Shown in pieces: positions 47,293 to 56,351 of a stretch of DNA of 64,000 nucleotides; position 1 is the stretch's first letter, and each line of letters begins with the position of its first letter. This stretch comes from Pseudomonadota bacterium. Lineage in GTDB: Bacteria; Pseudomonadota; Gammaproteobacteria; JAKAQQ01. The notes under the pieces were generated by a model, which searched no databases, was not told the origin of the DNA, and saw only the letters and a program-made list of their open reading frames with translations. The position numbers were made by a program, and so were the translations under genes. The DNA lies in assembly GCA_027320085.1 (NCBI GenBank), contig DAHVLZ010000009.1, forward strand, positions 64,001-128,000. Direction: 5' to 3'.

Positions 47293-48435
47293 TCAACTCT
47301 CGCCAATCACGGAAAGCGCACAATCGACGATTCGCTCCGCTGCATGCCCATCCCCAAACGGCTCTTTCCAGTCCACCTGGGCACTGAGAGCCTGGGAGGC
47401 CCCAGCCACGATACGGTCCGGATCGGTGCCGACCAGCCGGTTGGCCCCTATTTCGATCGTCTCCACCCACTCGGTATTTTCACGGAGGGTTACACAGGGA
47501 ATCCGATGGATACACGCTTCCTGCTGCACCCCGCCGGAGTCAGTCAGAACCAAGCCCGCGCGGGAAAGCAGGGCAAGAAACTCGAGGTACCCGCTTCCGG
47601 GGCGGATGTCGACCCGATCCAGGGAATGCACCCACTCCTCGAGGCCGAATTCCCGCAAGCGTTTAAGCGTTCTTGGGTGCGCGAGACAGAGCACCGTGAG
47701 GTCGAGCGCCTCGGCAACATGTGCGACCCCGGTGAAAATCCCGCGCAGGCGAACCGGATCATCCACGTTCTCTTCACGGTGAGTCGTGAGGATTGCATAA
47801 GAGTGCCCGTCATCCCGGGCCCGCCGATCTGGTTGACCGAACCGTCTGAGGGCCAGCGCCAGATGGGCCCGAGAGGCATCCACGATCGGATTCCCCGTCT
47901 CGATGATCTTGCCCCGCACGGACTCTCGCTCGAGCTGACGTCCCGCCTTGGACGAGGAGGTAAACAAGTACTCGGAGATGTGATCGATGATCCGGCGATT
48001 GTGCTCCTCCGGCATGCACCAGTCGTAGGAGCGTTCACCCGCCTCCACATGTCCCACCCGGATGCCCAGTTTGCGGGCCGCCAAGGCGCCGGCGAGGTTC
48101 GTGTTGGCATCCCCTCCAACCAGCACCAAACGAGGTTTCCGTTCGAGCAAGACCTGCTCGACCCCTTCCAGCATGGCTGCGGTCTGACCCCCATGCGTCG
48201 GTTTTTCGGACACTCCTTCCAGCCGGTAATCGGGTACAGGCAACTCCAGATCCGAGAAGAACTGGGCATCCATGTTCGGCGAGTAATGTTGCCCCGTATG
48301 GATGACGAAATGGGCTCCAGCTTTTTTCCTCAGATGGGTGATGATAGGCGCAAACATCACGATGCCCGGCCGGGTTCCCACCACCACTCCGACCTCGGGC
48401 CGAAGCACTTCTGGACGCAATACTTTTTCACTCAT
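47293..48435 (-). CDS. Non-hydrolysing UDP-sugar 2-epimerase (WecB/WbpI/WlbD family)
   Basis: VGTRP, HTGQHY, HVEAGERS, PEEHNR, HREENVD, TDSGGVQQEA. Confidence 0.92.
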   Translation of the reverse strand: MSEKVLRPEVLRPEVGVVVGTRPGIVMFAPIITHLRKKAGAHFVIHTGQHYSPNMDAQFFSDLELPVPDYRLEGVSEKPTHGGQTAAMLEGVEQVLLERKPRLVLVGGDANTNLAGALAARKLGIRVGHVEAGERSYDWCMPEEHNRRIIDHISEYLFTSSSKAGRQLERESVRGKIIETGNPIVDASRAHLALALRRFGQPDRRARDDGHSYAILTTHREENVDDPVRLRGIFTGVAHVAEALDLTVLCLAHPRTLKRLREFGLEEWVHSLDRVDIRPGSGYLEFLALLSRAGLVLTDSGGVQQEACIHRIPCVTLRENTEWVETIEIGANRLVGTDPDRIVAGASQALSAQVDWKEPFGDGHAAERIVDCALSVIGES

Positions 48436-49636
48436 GTTTCACCTCGTGGGCTTCGGATCCATCTTTCAGACATTGCTGCAACCACGGCCGGATTTCACTG
48501 GCGGCCCGTTCCCAGTTGTAGATCTCCTCGAAAGCCTGGCGGGCATGACGCCGGAAGCGGCTCAAACGGTCTGGCTCGGCGAGCAGTTCGCCGAGAACCT
48601 GGGCCACAGCCTCGGGGCTTGCCGTATCGACCAAAACACCGCAATCGGTCTCCACCACCGCACGACCGATCTCGCCGAAACGCGGCGCGAGGATGGCCAT
48701 CCCGGTCTGCATATAGGTGAAAATCTTGCGGCCATTTAAGGCACCCACCTTTTTGTACAGAGGTGACTCCGGCTGATGCAGAGCCAGACCGATCTCCGCA
48801 CCCGCGATTCGAGCAAGCATTTCCCGGTAAGACAATGGAGGCGAGATCTCGACCTGATCCGTCAATCCCAGCCCGTTCATGCGCTCCGTGAGTGCGGGGG
48901 TCCAGCCGGGCCCGACCAGAAGCAGGGTGAGGTTCGGAAAATGCGGTTTGAGCAAGACCAGTGCCTGAAGCGCAACGCCGATCCCTTTGCGTTCGAGAAG
49001 TCCACCGACGTAACAGATCACCCGGCGCCCGGTCTTCCCCTCTGGCCCAATCCTGGATTTCCAGGGACCGTCATCGGCCAGGGCGGGGAGGTTCGGCACC
49101 ACCCGGACGGAGTCGTTGAAACGCCGAAGCTGGGTCTCGAACCAGCCGCCACGAGAGTCCACGGCAAAAATCCCTCGCATCGGTCGGAGTGCCAGACCTT
49201 CGAGCCATCGCAGCAAAGGCCAGGTCACGGATCCCAAGGGACCGAAGTAACGCGACACATCCCAGGCGTAATATTCCGCACTATCGTAAAACCAGCTCGC
49301 GCGCGTGAAGCGCCAGACCAGGGGCAGTTGGAAAAGATGGGTGGCCACCAGGATGGGCGGCCGGGATGCGGATCGGGTCTCTTCCCGGATGATCCGTGAG
49401 AGGGCCCGCCAGTAGCGGGGCATGGCCAAAAGCAGACGCGCACTCTCAGTCGGTGCGCGGAGATGGACAGTTGCGAGGACTGCCTTTTGATCCGGCATAC
49501 CCAGGCTGCCCGGCAAGCGATCCCAGACCACAAAACCGGGGGCTTCCCCGATATTCTCAAACAGGCGGAAAGTATTCCATTGCCGTGGCGTGGGCGTGAC
49601 GTTGAAACAGAGGATGATCACCCGTCTCTTGTTCAA
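48428..49636 (-). CDS. GT4 family glycosyltransferase
   Basis: YDSAEYY, YVGGLLERKG, KIFTYMQTG, YNWE; TTGA overlap with the upstream gene. Confidence 0.85.
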   Translation of the reverse strand: MNKRRVIILCFNVTPTPRQWNTFRLFENIGEAPGFVVWDRLPGSLGMPDQKAVLATVHLRAPTESARLLLAMPRYWRALSRIIREETRSASRPPILVATHLFQLPLVWRFTRASWFYDSAEYYAWDVSRYFGPLGSVTWPLLRWLEGLALRPMRGIFAVDSRGGWFETQLRRFNDSVRVVPNLPALADDGPWKSRIGPEGKTGRRVICYVGGLLERKGIGVALQALVLLKPHFPNLTLLLVGPGWTPALTERMNGLGLTDQVEISPPLSYREMLARIAGAEIGLALHQPESPLYKKVGALNGRKIFTYMQTGMAILAPRFGEIGRAVVETDCGVLVDTASPEAVAQVLGELLAEPDRLSRFRRHARQAFEEIYNWERAASEIRPWLQQCLKDGSEAHEVKHE

Positions 49637-50838
49637 GATCGTCTCATGGTTCCCATGCCGTTCCGCGTGCGGCATTCCGCGACAGCCTCGGCGTAAACCG
49701 ACGAGATCTGGTCTGTCACCGTCGTCCATCCAAACCGGGATTGGGCCTCCCGTGAAATCGCCTCCCGATCCCAACTCCGCCCGACGATCTCCCGCATGGC
49801 GGAACCCAGTTCAGAAACCGCACCCGCCGGTACGAGAAGACCATTTTGGCCCGGTTGGATCAGTGAGATCAATGCGGGAATCGCGCTTCCGATGACCGGC
49901 GTTCCACAACACAGGCTTTCCAGGACCGTGACCGGATTCCCCTCCCCGTAGGAGGGAAGAATGAAGCAATCGGCAGCTGCGAGGTATTGCGATACGCTCT
50001 CGTGGGACTGCCATCCCCGCAGGATGAGCCGACCTTCCGAGTGACGGGCCCGCCGCTCGAGATCGGCCCAGAGGGATCCGGTTCCCGCGAGGAGCAATCG
50101 CGCTTTTTCCGGGGCCGAGGAAAAAAAGGCACGGACAATATCCGCGACGCCCTTGGCAGGCTCCAGATTGCCAAGGAAAAGGAACAGAGGCCCTTCCTGC
50201 GGCAAGTCCAGCGCATGACGGGTGGCTTCTCGCGCCATCGGCCTGAAAAGACGAGTCTCCACACCATTTGGAATGATCCGCATCCGTCCGGGATCAGCTC
50301 CAAGTCCTTCCAGGGGGGCACGAAAATAGTCGGCGACTACGATGATCCGGGTGGCGCGTTCCACAACCGTGCGTGCCGTGGAGCGGTAGGCGGCCTGGCC
50401 AAGGTCCCGGTACACGTCACCGGCATGAGCGGTCACAACGGTGGGGATGGGTGCATCGCCAACCGCGCGGATCGCGGCCAGACCGGGTGGGCTCAGCCAA
50501 TGGGCATGAATGAGATCGTAGGGGATCCCACCGGAAAACAACTCCCGTCGGGCGAGCGCGGCAAGCTCGCGGCTGCGGACCCGACGATTCCGCGGAACAT
50601 AAAGGTAGGCAGGACGTTTCACGGTCGCGGGCAGAACGCCGGTGAAGGTGGTTTGGGCCTCCAGATTCCGCGCACGCGATTCCAGCCAGCGGGAGGGAAT
50701 GCACGGCAACCAGGGGCGCGGGAACAGCACCGTAATCTCATGACGACCGGCAAGAGCCGTGACCTGGGCCCGGATGAAAATCCCCCGTCCCGGGTGTTCC
50801 GCCGTCGGGAAGGTTTCGGTCAGGACCAGGACACGCAT
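49633..50838 (-). CDS. GT4 family glycosyltransferase (WlbH/TuaC-like)
   Basis: MRVLVLTETFP, IHAHW..PG, TAHAGDV, PNGV, EGNPVTVLE (EX7E). Confidence 0.88.
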   Translation of the reverse strand: MRVLVLTETFPTAEHPGRGIFIRAQVTALAGRHEITVLFPRPWLPCIPSRWLESRARNLEAQTTFTGVLPATVKRPAYLYVPRNRRVRSRELAALARRELFSGGIPYDLIHAHWLSPPGLAAIRAVGDAPIPTVVTAHAGDVYRDLGQAAYRSTARTVVERATRIIVVADYFRAPLEGLGADPGRMRIIPNGVETRLFRPMAREATRHALDLPQEGPLFLFLGNLEPAKGVADIVRAFFSSAPEKARLLLAGTGSLWADLERRARHSEGRLILRGWQSHESVSQYLAAADCFILPSYGEGNPVTVLESLCCGTPVIGSAIPALISLIQPGQNGLLVPAGAVSELGSAMREIVGRSWDREAISREAQSRFGWTTVTDQISSVYAEAVAECRTRNGMGTMRRS

Positions 50839-50845
50839 GGACCGG

Positions 50846-52171
50846 TCAGTCGCTGGGAGCGGGAGCGCGCGGAACCACAAGCGTCCGCCATGCGGATGCC
50901 ACCAACAAAGCCAGTAGAAACCAGAGGAAACGATCACGCTGCGTGCCGAGTGCAAGGGATTGCACGGCACTGGCGAGGGCCGCCACCCAAAGGCCCGTGT
51001 GATGGAAGTAGGACTCACGATTTGGGGATATACGCAGGCGGGAGTGGGCACGCCAACCTAGCCAGAATATGATCCCCCCAGCCACGACGAGTGCCAGGAG
51101 GGAGGGGATCCCGCTTTCATCCTGAACTGCGATCCACAGGTTGTGGGGGCCCTGTTTGGGCTTGGAGATCGGAAAGGGAAGATAAGGAGGCATATCGGCA
51201 CTGACATTAGCCGGACCCACCCCCCAAAGGGGATGGGATGCGGCCATCGCGATCCCGCCGAGTGCAAGGTTCAAGCGCTCGGATCCGACCGCCCCGATGG
51301 AATGCTCCGACCGGACGATCTGGGTGTTGATCCGTTCGAGATAGACGCCCCCGGCAGCCAGCACGATGATCGAGAAAAGTCCCAGGGTGAGCGCCAGGAG
51401 AGTTCCGCTCCGTCTTCCGGCCTGCGGAAACAGAAACCAGGCAACCAGGGCCAGAACCACGAGAAGCCCGATCAGCCCCCCGAGTGAAACGGTCCGGCCA
51501 ATTCCCCAGACAAGCACCAACGAGACGAGCAGTGCGAGGACCTTGCGGGCGGCCTTCCGTTCGGTGGCAACCCAGGCCAAGGCCAGGGCGAGACCGATGT
51601 TGAACGCGAAAGCGGTGAGGTTGGGGTCGCCGATTCCCGCACCCGCCCGAAGAATGAAGCCATGTGTGAGATCTTCCACCCAGAGCACATGGCCCAGAAA
51701 CTCAAGGCTTCCACTCACCATCATGAAAGCAAGGACGGCCAAGGCAGCAGGCAGCAGCTTCGCCAGGTTTCTTCCAAGACCCGGATCATCCACACAGATC
51801 TGGACCAGAACGAAAAACAGGATGAGACGGGCGAGGTAGGCGCCACAGAGGGCCAGGGAGATGGGTCGACCAGGCGAGACCCAGGATGAAACCAGGACCA
51901 GCCCGAAAAATACGGACAGGGACAACCAGAGAAGGCTCAGGTTTCCACCGACGGCCGGCATGCGTCCGTTCCGGCCCAGAACCCAGGCCAAGCTCATCCC
52001 CAAGGTCAAAAGCGGAACGAGAAGCGGGTGCCCTGCCACCGCCAGGGGTTTAAGGAGCTTCGCGGGCACACAAAGCGCCACAGTCAAGGCATAGACAACA
52101 AGCCGGACCCACAGGGGTCCTCGATGAAAGGGTTGATCGGGTCGGACCCGGGGGGCCTCACCAGCGGACAC
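50846..52171 (-). CDS. O-antigen polymerase/ligase family membrane protein (Wzy_C), probable Wzy
   Basis: About 11 TMs; GDPN, R-x..HPLWGVG, PHNLWI..ESG motifs; embedded among glycosyltransferases. Confidence 0.75.
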   Translation of the reverse strand: MSAGEAPRVRPDQPFHRGPLWVRLVVYALTVALCVPAKLLKPLAVAGHPLLVPLLTLGMSLAWVLGRNGRMPAVGGNLSLLWLSLSVFFGLVLVSSWVSPGRPISLALCGAYLARLILFFVLVQICVDDPGLGRNLAKLLPAALAVLAFMMVSGSLEFLGHVLWVEDLTHGFILRAGAGIGDPNLTAFAFNIGLALALAWVATERKAARKVLALLVSLVLVWGIGRTVSLGGLIGLLVVLALVAWFLFPQAGRRSGTLLALTLGLFSIIVLAAGGVYLERINTQIVRSEHSIGAVGSERLNLALGGIAMAASHPLWGVGPANVSADMPPYLPFPISKPKQGPHNLWIAVQDESGIPSLLALVVAGGIIFWLGWRAHSRLRISPNRESYFHHTGLWVAALASAVQSLALGTQRDRFLWFLLALLVASAWRTLVVPRAPAPSD

Positions 52172-53303
52172 GGGGATAGATCCGCTCGCTGTCAATCCGG
52201 TTTTTATGGGGCAGAATCCGTTCCAGCATGCTGCAGAGGACCTCCTCGGTGATGGGATGCAGCCTGAGTCCCAGTTCAAGCAGACCGCTGTGCGCTGGCT
52301 GGTAGAAATGCTCTTCCGCTTCCTTGCGGGGATTTTCAAGGTGCTGGATTTCGACCCGGAGTCCCAACGACTTTCCGGCCCGCTGAACCCAGGCGGCCAG
52401 GTCATTGACCGTGAAGCATTCCGTAAACTGGTTGAGGATACGGAGCTGACCCTTCCCGGGTGGGTGGGTTGCAGCCAGCTCGACGCATTGGAGTGTGTCC
52501 AGGAGGTTGAGATAACCCCGGGTCTGTCCGCCCCGTCCATAGACGGTCAGGGGAATGCCGGCGACCGCCTGAACCAGAAATCGGTTGACAAGCGTTCCGA
52601 ACAGGTCGTCGTAATGAAAATTCGGAAGCAAGCGCTCATCCCGATCCGCCTCAGGCGTCGACAGACCGTAGACCGGTCCCTGCATGAGGTCCGTCGCCTG
52701 GAGATTCCACATCCGCACGTAGAACCAGATCAAGTCTGTATCCATGATTTTCGTGGTGTGATAGAGACTTCCGGCCTGCCGCGGGTAGAGAAAACGATCA
52801 CGACGCCCCTTGTGCTCGATTTCGATCCAGCCCTCTTCGATCTCGATGGCTGGAGTCCCGTATTCACCCATGGTCCCGAGCTTGATCAGGTGGCACGACG
52901 GGGCAGCTTCCCGTAGGGCCCAGATCACATTCAGTGTTGTGGCGAGATTGTTGCGTAACGTGAGTGACGCCTCGGCATACCCCCGCATGGAATAGGGCGC
53001 CGAAGGCTGCTCTGCATAATGGATGACCACCTCGGGCCGGGTCTCCCGAAAAACCGATTCGAGGAACGGATAATCCGCACAGTCGCCAATCCGCACCGCG
53101 ACTTCGCACCCGGTCACTTGCCGGAAGATTCCCACCCTCTGCTCAAGGTCCGGCGCATCGATCAGGGGTTCAGACCGCGTCTGCAGGGCCAGGGTGCGCC
53201 GCAGGTAGTTATCGACCACCGTCACTCCATGCCCCCGGGCTGCAAAATGCATGGCGGTCGGCCAGCCGAGATAGCCATCCCCTCCGAGAATCAGGATGCG
53301 CAT
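52158..53303 (-). CDS. sqdB: UDP-sulfoquinovose synthase (SqdB/SQD1/Agl3 family)
   Basis: GGDGYLGWPTAM, EQPSAPYSM, HLIKLGTMGEYGTP, YHTTK, TDLMQGPVYG, PLTVYGRGGQTRG, NPRKEAEEH. Confidence 0.85.
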   Translation of the reverse strand: MRILILGGDGYLGWPTAMHFAARGHGVTVVDNYLRRTLALQTRSEPLIDAPDLEQRVGIFRQVTGCEVAVRIGDCADYPFLESVFRETRPEVVIHYAEQPSAPYSMRGYAEASLTLRNNLATTLNVIWALREAAPSCHLIKLGTMGEYGTPAIEIEEGWIEIEHKGRRDRFLYPRQAGSLYHTTKIMDTDLIWFYVRMWNLQATDLMQGPVYGLSTPEADRDERLLPNFHYDDLFGTLVNRFLVQAVAGIPLTVYGRGGQTRGYLNLLDTLQCVELAATHPPGKGQLRILNQFTECFTVNDLAAWVQRAGKSLGLRVEIQHLENPRKEAEEHFYQPAHSGLLELGLRLHPITEEVLCSMLERILPHKNRIDSERIYPRVRW

Positions 53304-54427
53304 GGCTTCCCTTCCGGAGCACCCTCACGGGACAGGACAGGAATCAGCCCGATCTCCTCCAAGAGTCGGCGCAGGGCTTCGGGATCAAGCCGAGGCTCAT
53401 CTCGGGAGACATAGGGGTGATCCACACGGTGACGGATGACTTGGGGATAGTCGTAGACGATTCCCTGGTAAAGCGGGCGGAATGCCGGAAGCACCACAAA
53501 AAAGTCCCGAAGTTCACACGTTCGCATCGTTTCCGATTCGGTCATGAGTTCCTCCATGAGTTTCTCGCCGGGTCGTGGACCTGTTTGGAGCACCTCGATG
53601 GACTCGGGACGGTACCCCTGACCGGGCGCCAGTGCCTCGATCATGACCCGTGCCAAATCCTCAATCGCCACCACGGGCATTTTTGTGATGAAAACCTCGC
53701 CGCCCCGCGCCAGGGGTACGGAGCACAGCACCAGCCGGACCGCCTCATCGATGCTCATGACGAAACGGGTCATCTCGCGGCTGGTCAGTGTGAGGGGGCC
53801 ACCATGGGCAATCTGGCTGGCAAAAATTTCCGTGACCGAACCCCGGGAACCCAGGACATTGCCAAACCGGGTGGAAGCAAAGACCGCGCCCCCGCCATTG
53901 GCATTGGCGGCGGTAATGAGGCGCTCACCCATGAGCTTCGAGGTCCCCATGACGTTGGTCGGATTGACCGCCTTGTCCGAACTCGTGAAGAGCACACGGG
54001 AAACCCCCACCTCGGAGGCGGCCTGGATCACGGACTCGACCCCCAGGATATTCGTCCGCATCGCTTCAAAAGGCGCCTTCTCACACTGATAGACGTGCTT
54101 GTAGGCCGCACAGTGCAAAACCGTGTCAGCGCCGGCAAAAAGACGCCTCAGGGAAGATTGGTCCCGGACGTCGCCCAGTAGGAAACGGGCCCGCGGTTCG
54201 TCCATCCAGCGGGCCTCCATCCTGAAAATCCCATCCTCATTGTTGTCGATACCCAAAATCGTGCCACGAAAGGCTTGTGCCGGATCCAAAAGACGCCGGA
54301 CCAGCTGTCGTCCGAGCGTCCCACAACAGCCGGTGACCACAACCTTACGGGCTTGCTGCCAGTACGCAGCAATGACATCCGGACCGGTTGAGCCTGAGGT
54401 TTTCTGTTCTCCCCCTCCCCGTTTCAC
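53291..54427 (-). CDS. Soluble UDP-GlcNAc 4,6-dehydratase family protein (CapD/PseB/FnlA-like)
   Basis: TGCCGTLG, HCAAYKHV, SSDKAVNP..MGTSK, RFGNVLGSRGSV, RPGEKL. Confidence 0.88.
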   Translation of the reverse strand: MKRGGGEQKTSGSTGPDVIAAYWQQARKVVVTGCCGTLGRQLVRRLLDPAQAFRGTILGIDNNEDGIFRMEARWMDEPRARFLLGDVRDQSSLRRLFAGADTVLHCAAYKHVYQCEKAPFEAMRTNILGVESVIQAASEVGVSRVLFTSSDKAVNPTNVMGTSKLMGERLITAANANGGGAVFASTRFGNVLGSRGSVTEIFASQIAHGGPLTLTSREMTRFVMSIDEAVRLVLCSVPLARGGEVFITKMPVVAIEDLARVMIEALAPGQGYRPESIEVLQTGPRPGEKLMEELMTESETMRTCELRDFFVVLPAFRPLYQGIVYDYPQVIRHRVDHPYVSRDEPRLDPEALRRLLEEIGLIPVLSREGAPEGKPCAS

Positions 54428-54563
54428 AAAATGACTCCAATCCGAATCGATTGCGGGTCATTATGCCCCAAGTCAGCATCGCTTTTGCTGTCCCGCTAGA
54501 ATCGTCTCTGCGACCCCGAACGGAATTTTCCCCAATGATCCGGATCGTCTTCCTGCCCCCAAG

Positions 54564-56321
54564 ATGACTGGGGCAAACAATGGCCCTTCTCCGGACAGGA
54601 TCACCCCGCTCCACTTGATCGGGGTCGGCCTGCTCGGGATTACTCTCGCGGCCGGACCCATCGTCCCCGATCTCCTGAGCGCGAGCCTTTTCCTGGCGGG
54701 GCTGATCGGCTTGGCGGACGGTCTCTGGAACGGTTTTTGGACCCGCTTGGATCGCGACGAAAAAAGGATCGCCGCTGCAACCTTCCTGCTGGGGTTCGCC
54801 ACCGTCACCTGTTTTGCACTGGGCCGGGAAACCCATATCGGTTTCCAGATCCTGGGCCGCGAGCTTCGGATTCTGCTCTTCCTGCCCGTCTATCTCGTCG
54901 TGAGGCGTCTGGCTTTGTCCCAAAAGCAACTGGGAGTCATCCTGGGACTTGCCGCAGGCATCGCGTTCGCCTACAGCCTCTGGAGCCTCGAGGTGCATGC
55001 GCCGGGATACCGAGTGCGCGGGGTGACCGGGGTCGCGATTGTCTTCGGCGACTTGGCCCTTCTGGCGGGCGTTTCCGGGGCCTGGTTGCTTCTCCCCAAG
55101 GACCGCCATCTGCCCTTCCGGACCAAGCTCCTATGGGGTGGACTAGCATTCGCAAGCCTGATCTCGGGCACCCTCGCGGCCTTTGCCTCTGGCACCCGGG
55201 GGGCCTGGATTGCCATTCTTCCCTTTCTCTTCGTGGGTACCCGCGCGTACGTCCGCTGTGCCGGGGTCCGGCACAAGGGACGCTGGTATTCCGGGGTTGC
55301 TCTCGTCGCCGCCGGTCTGACGGCACTCTGCGTGATCCCACCTTCGCCCATCCAGACGCGCGTGATTCGGGCTGTGAGACAGACCTGGATCTCGGTTCGT
55401 GACGAAACGCTTCCCCTCCTGGAGCACAGTCCCACCCGACTCGGCTGTCTCAACCGGAACGCCGAACTGATACGACTCCGGCACTATACGGTGACGGCAC
55501 CGCCCCTGGACCAGGGAGATCTGAAGCTGGTCCGACTACCCGCCACCCAAGTGCCCGCCGGATGCACCGGCCATATGGCCTTTCGTGCCCATGTCCTCTA
55601 TTCGACCGACTGGCTTAGTATCTGGGTCAATACCTCATCCCGGCGTCCCGGCTTCCATGAAGTCCAAGTCTGGGCGCGGGGCCAGGGCTTGTTTCAGATC
55701 GACCGGAAAGGCCCGGTTGAAAAGATTCATGGCAGACAGTTTCGACTTTATTCGGCCATCGGAGATGCAGGCCGTTTCGCCCCGCTCACCTTCCATCTTC
55801 ATCCCGGATGGACACTGACCTTCATTCCCGTCACCACCTATCCCTGGGAGTTCAGCTACGATCCGGGGGGAAACTCGATCGGCAACCGGCTCGCACTCTG
55901 GAGAACCGCGTTTTTGACCTTCATGCGACACCCCTGGTTAGGCGCGGGAACAGGATCCTTCGAATCCGATGCAAGCCAGCGGATCCGGGATGGGCAGGTT
56001 CCCCCTGTGGTCTGGGGTTACCAGCATGCGCACAATGACTTTTTCAACCTGCTCGCCACCGAAGGTCTTTTGGGACTCGTCGCCCTCCTCTGGTTTTACT
56101 ACGCGTTGATGCGAATCGGCGGTGGACCAGAATATCGCGGCCCGCGGGAACTTCGCGTTTTCATGGTGCTCTTCGTCCTGGGATTTTCCATATTTGGTTT
56201 CACGGAAACCCTCTGGATCCACACCTTCGTCGTGAATTGGATTGTCTTCGTCTCAGCCGCCGCCTTGGCCGTCTCCCGAGGCGAGCAGCCGGTGGAGATT
56301 CACGACAAGCTGGTAAAATAA
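54564..56321 (+). CDS. O-antigen ligase family protein (WaaL/O-OTase-like) with a large periplasmic insertion
   Basis: TM bundle, SGTRGAW, SIGNRLALW, HPWLGAG, HAHNDFFNLLATEGLLG. Confidence 0.82.
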   Translation: MTGANNGPSPDRITPLHLIGVGLLGITLAAGPIVPDLLSASLFLAGLIGLADGLWNGFWTRLDRDEKRIAAATFLLGFATVTCFALGRETHIGFQILGRELRILLFLPVYLVVRRLALSQKQLGVILGLAAGIAFAYSLWSLEVHAPGYRVRGVTGVAIVFGDLALLAGVSGAWLLLPKDRHLPFRTKLLWGGLAFASLISGTLAAFASGTRGAWIAILPFLFVGTRAYVRCAGVRHKGRWYSGVALVAAGLTALCVIPPSPIQTRVIRAVRQTWISVRDETLPLLEHSPTRLGCLNRNAELIRLRHYTVTAPPLDQGDLKLVRLPATQVPAGCTGHMAFRAHVLYSTDWLSIWVNTSSRRPGFHEVQVWARGQGLFQIDRKGPVEKIHGRQFRLYSAIGDAGRFAPLTFHLHPGWTLTFIPVTTYPWEFSYDPGGNSIGNRLALWRTAFLTFMRHPWLGAGTGSFESDASQRIRDGQVPPVVWGYQHAHNDFFNLLATEGLLGLVALLWFYYALMRIGGGPEYRGPRELRVFMVLFVLGFSIFGFTETLWIHTFVVNWIVFVSAAALAVSRGEQPVEIHDKLVK

Positions 56322-56351
56322 CTCGGTACGCGTACCGTTCGCCTGCCGTCC

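Noticed and set aside
49633-50838. GT4 as sulfolipid synthase SqdX
   Set aside because: Only the first residues (TETF) resemble SqdX; the IHAH..PG and TAHAGDV pattern and the context fit WlbH/TuaC-like polysaccharide GTs. Not fully excluded without a phylogeny.
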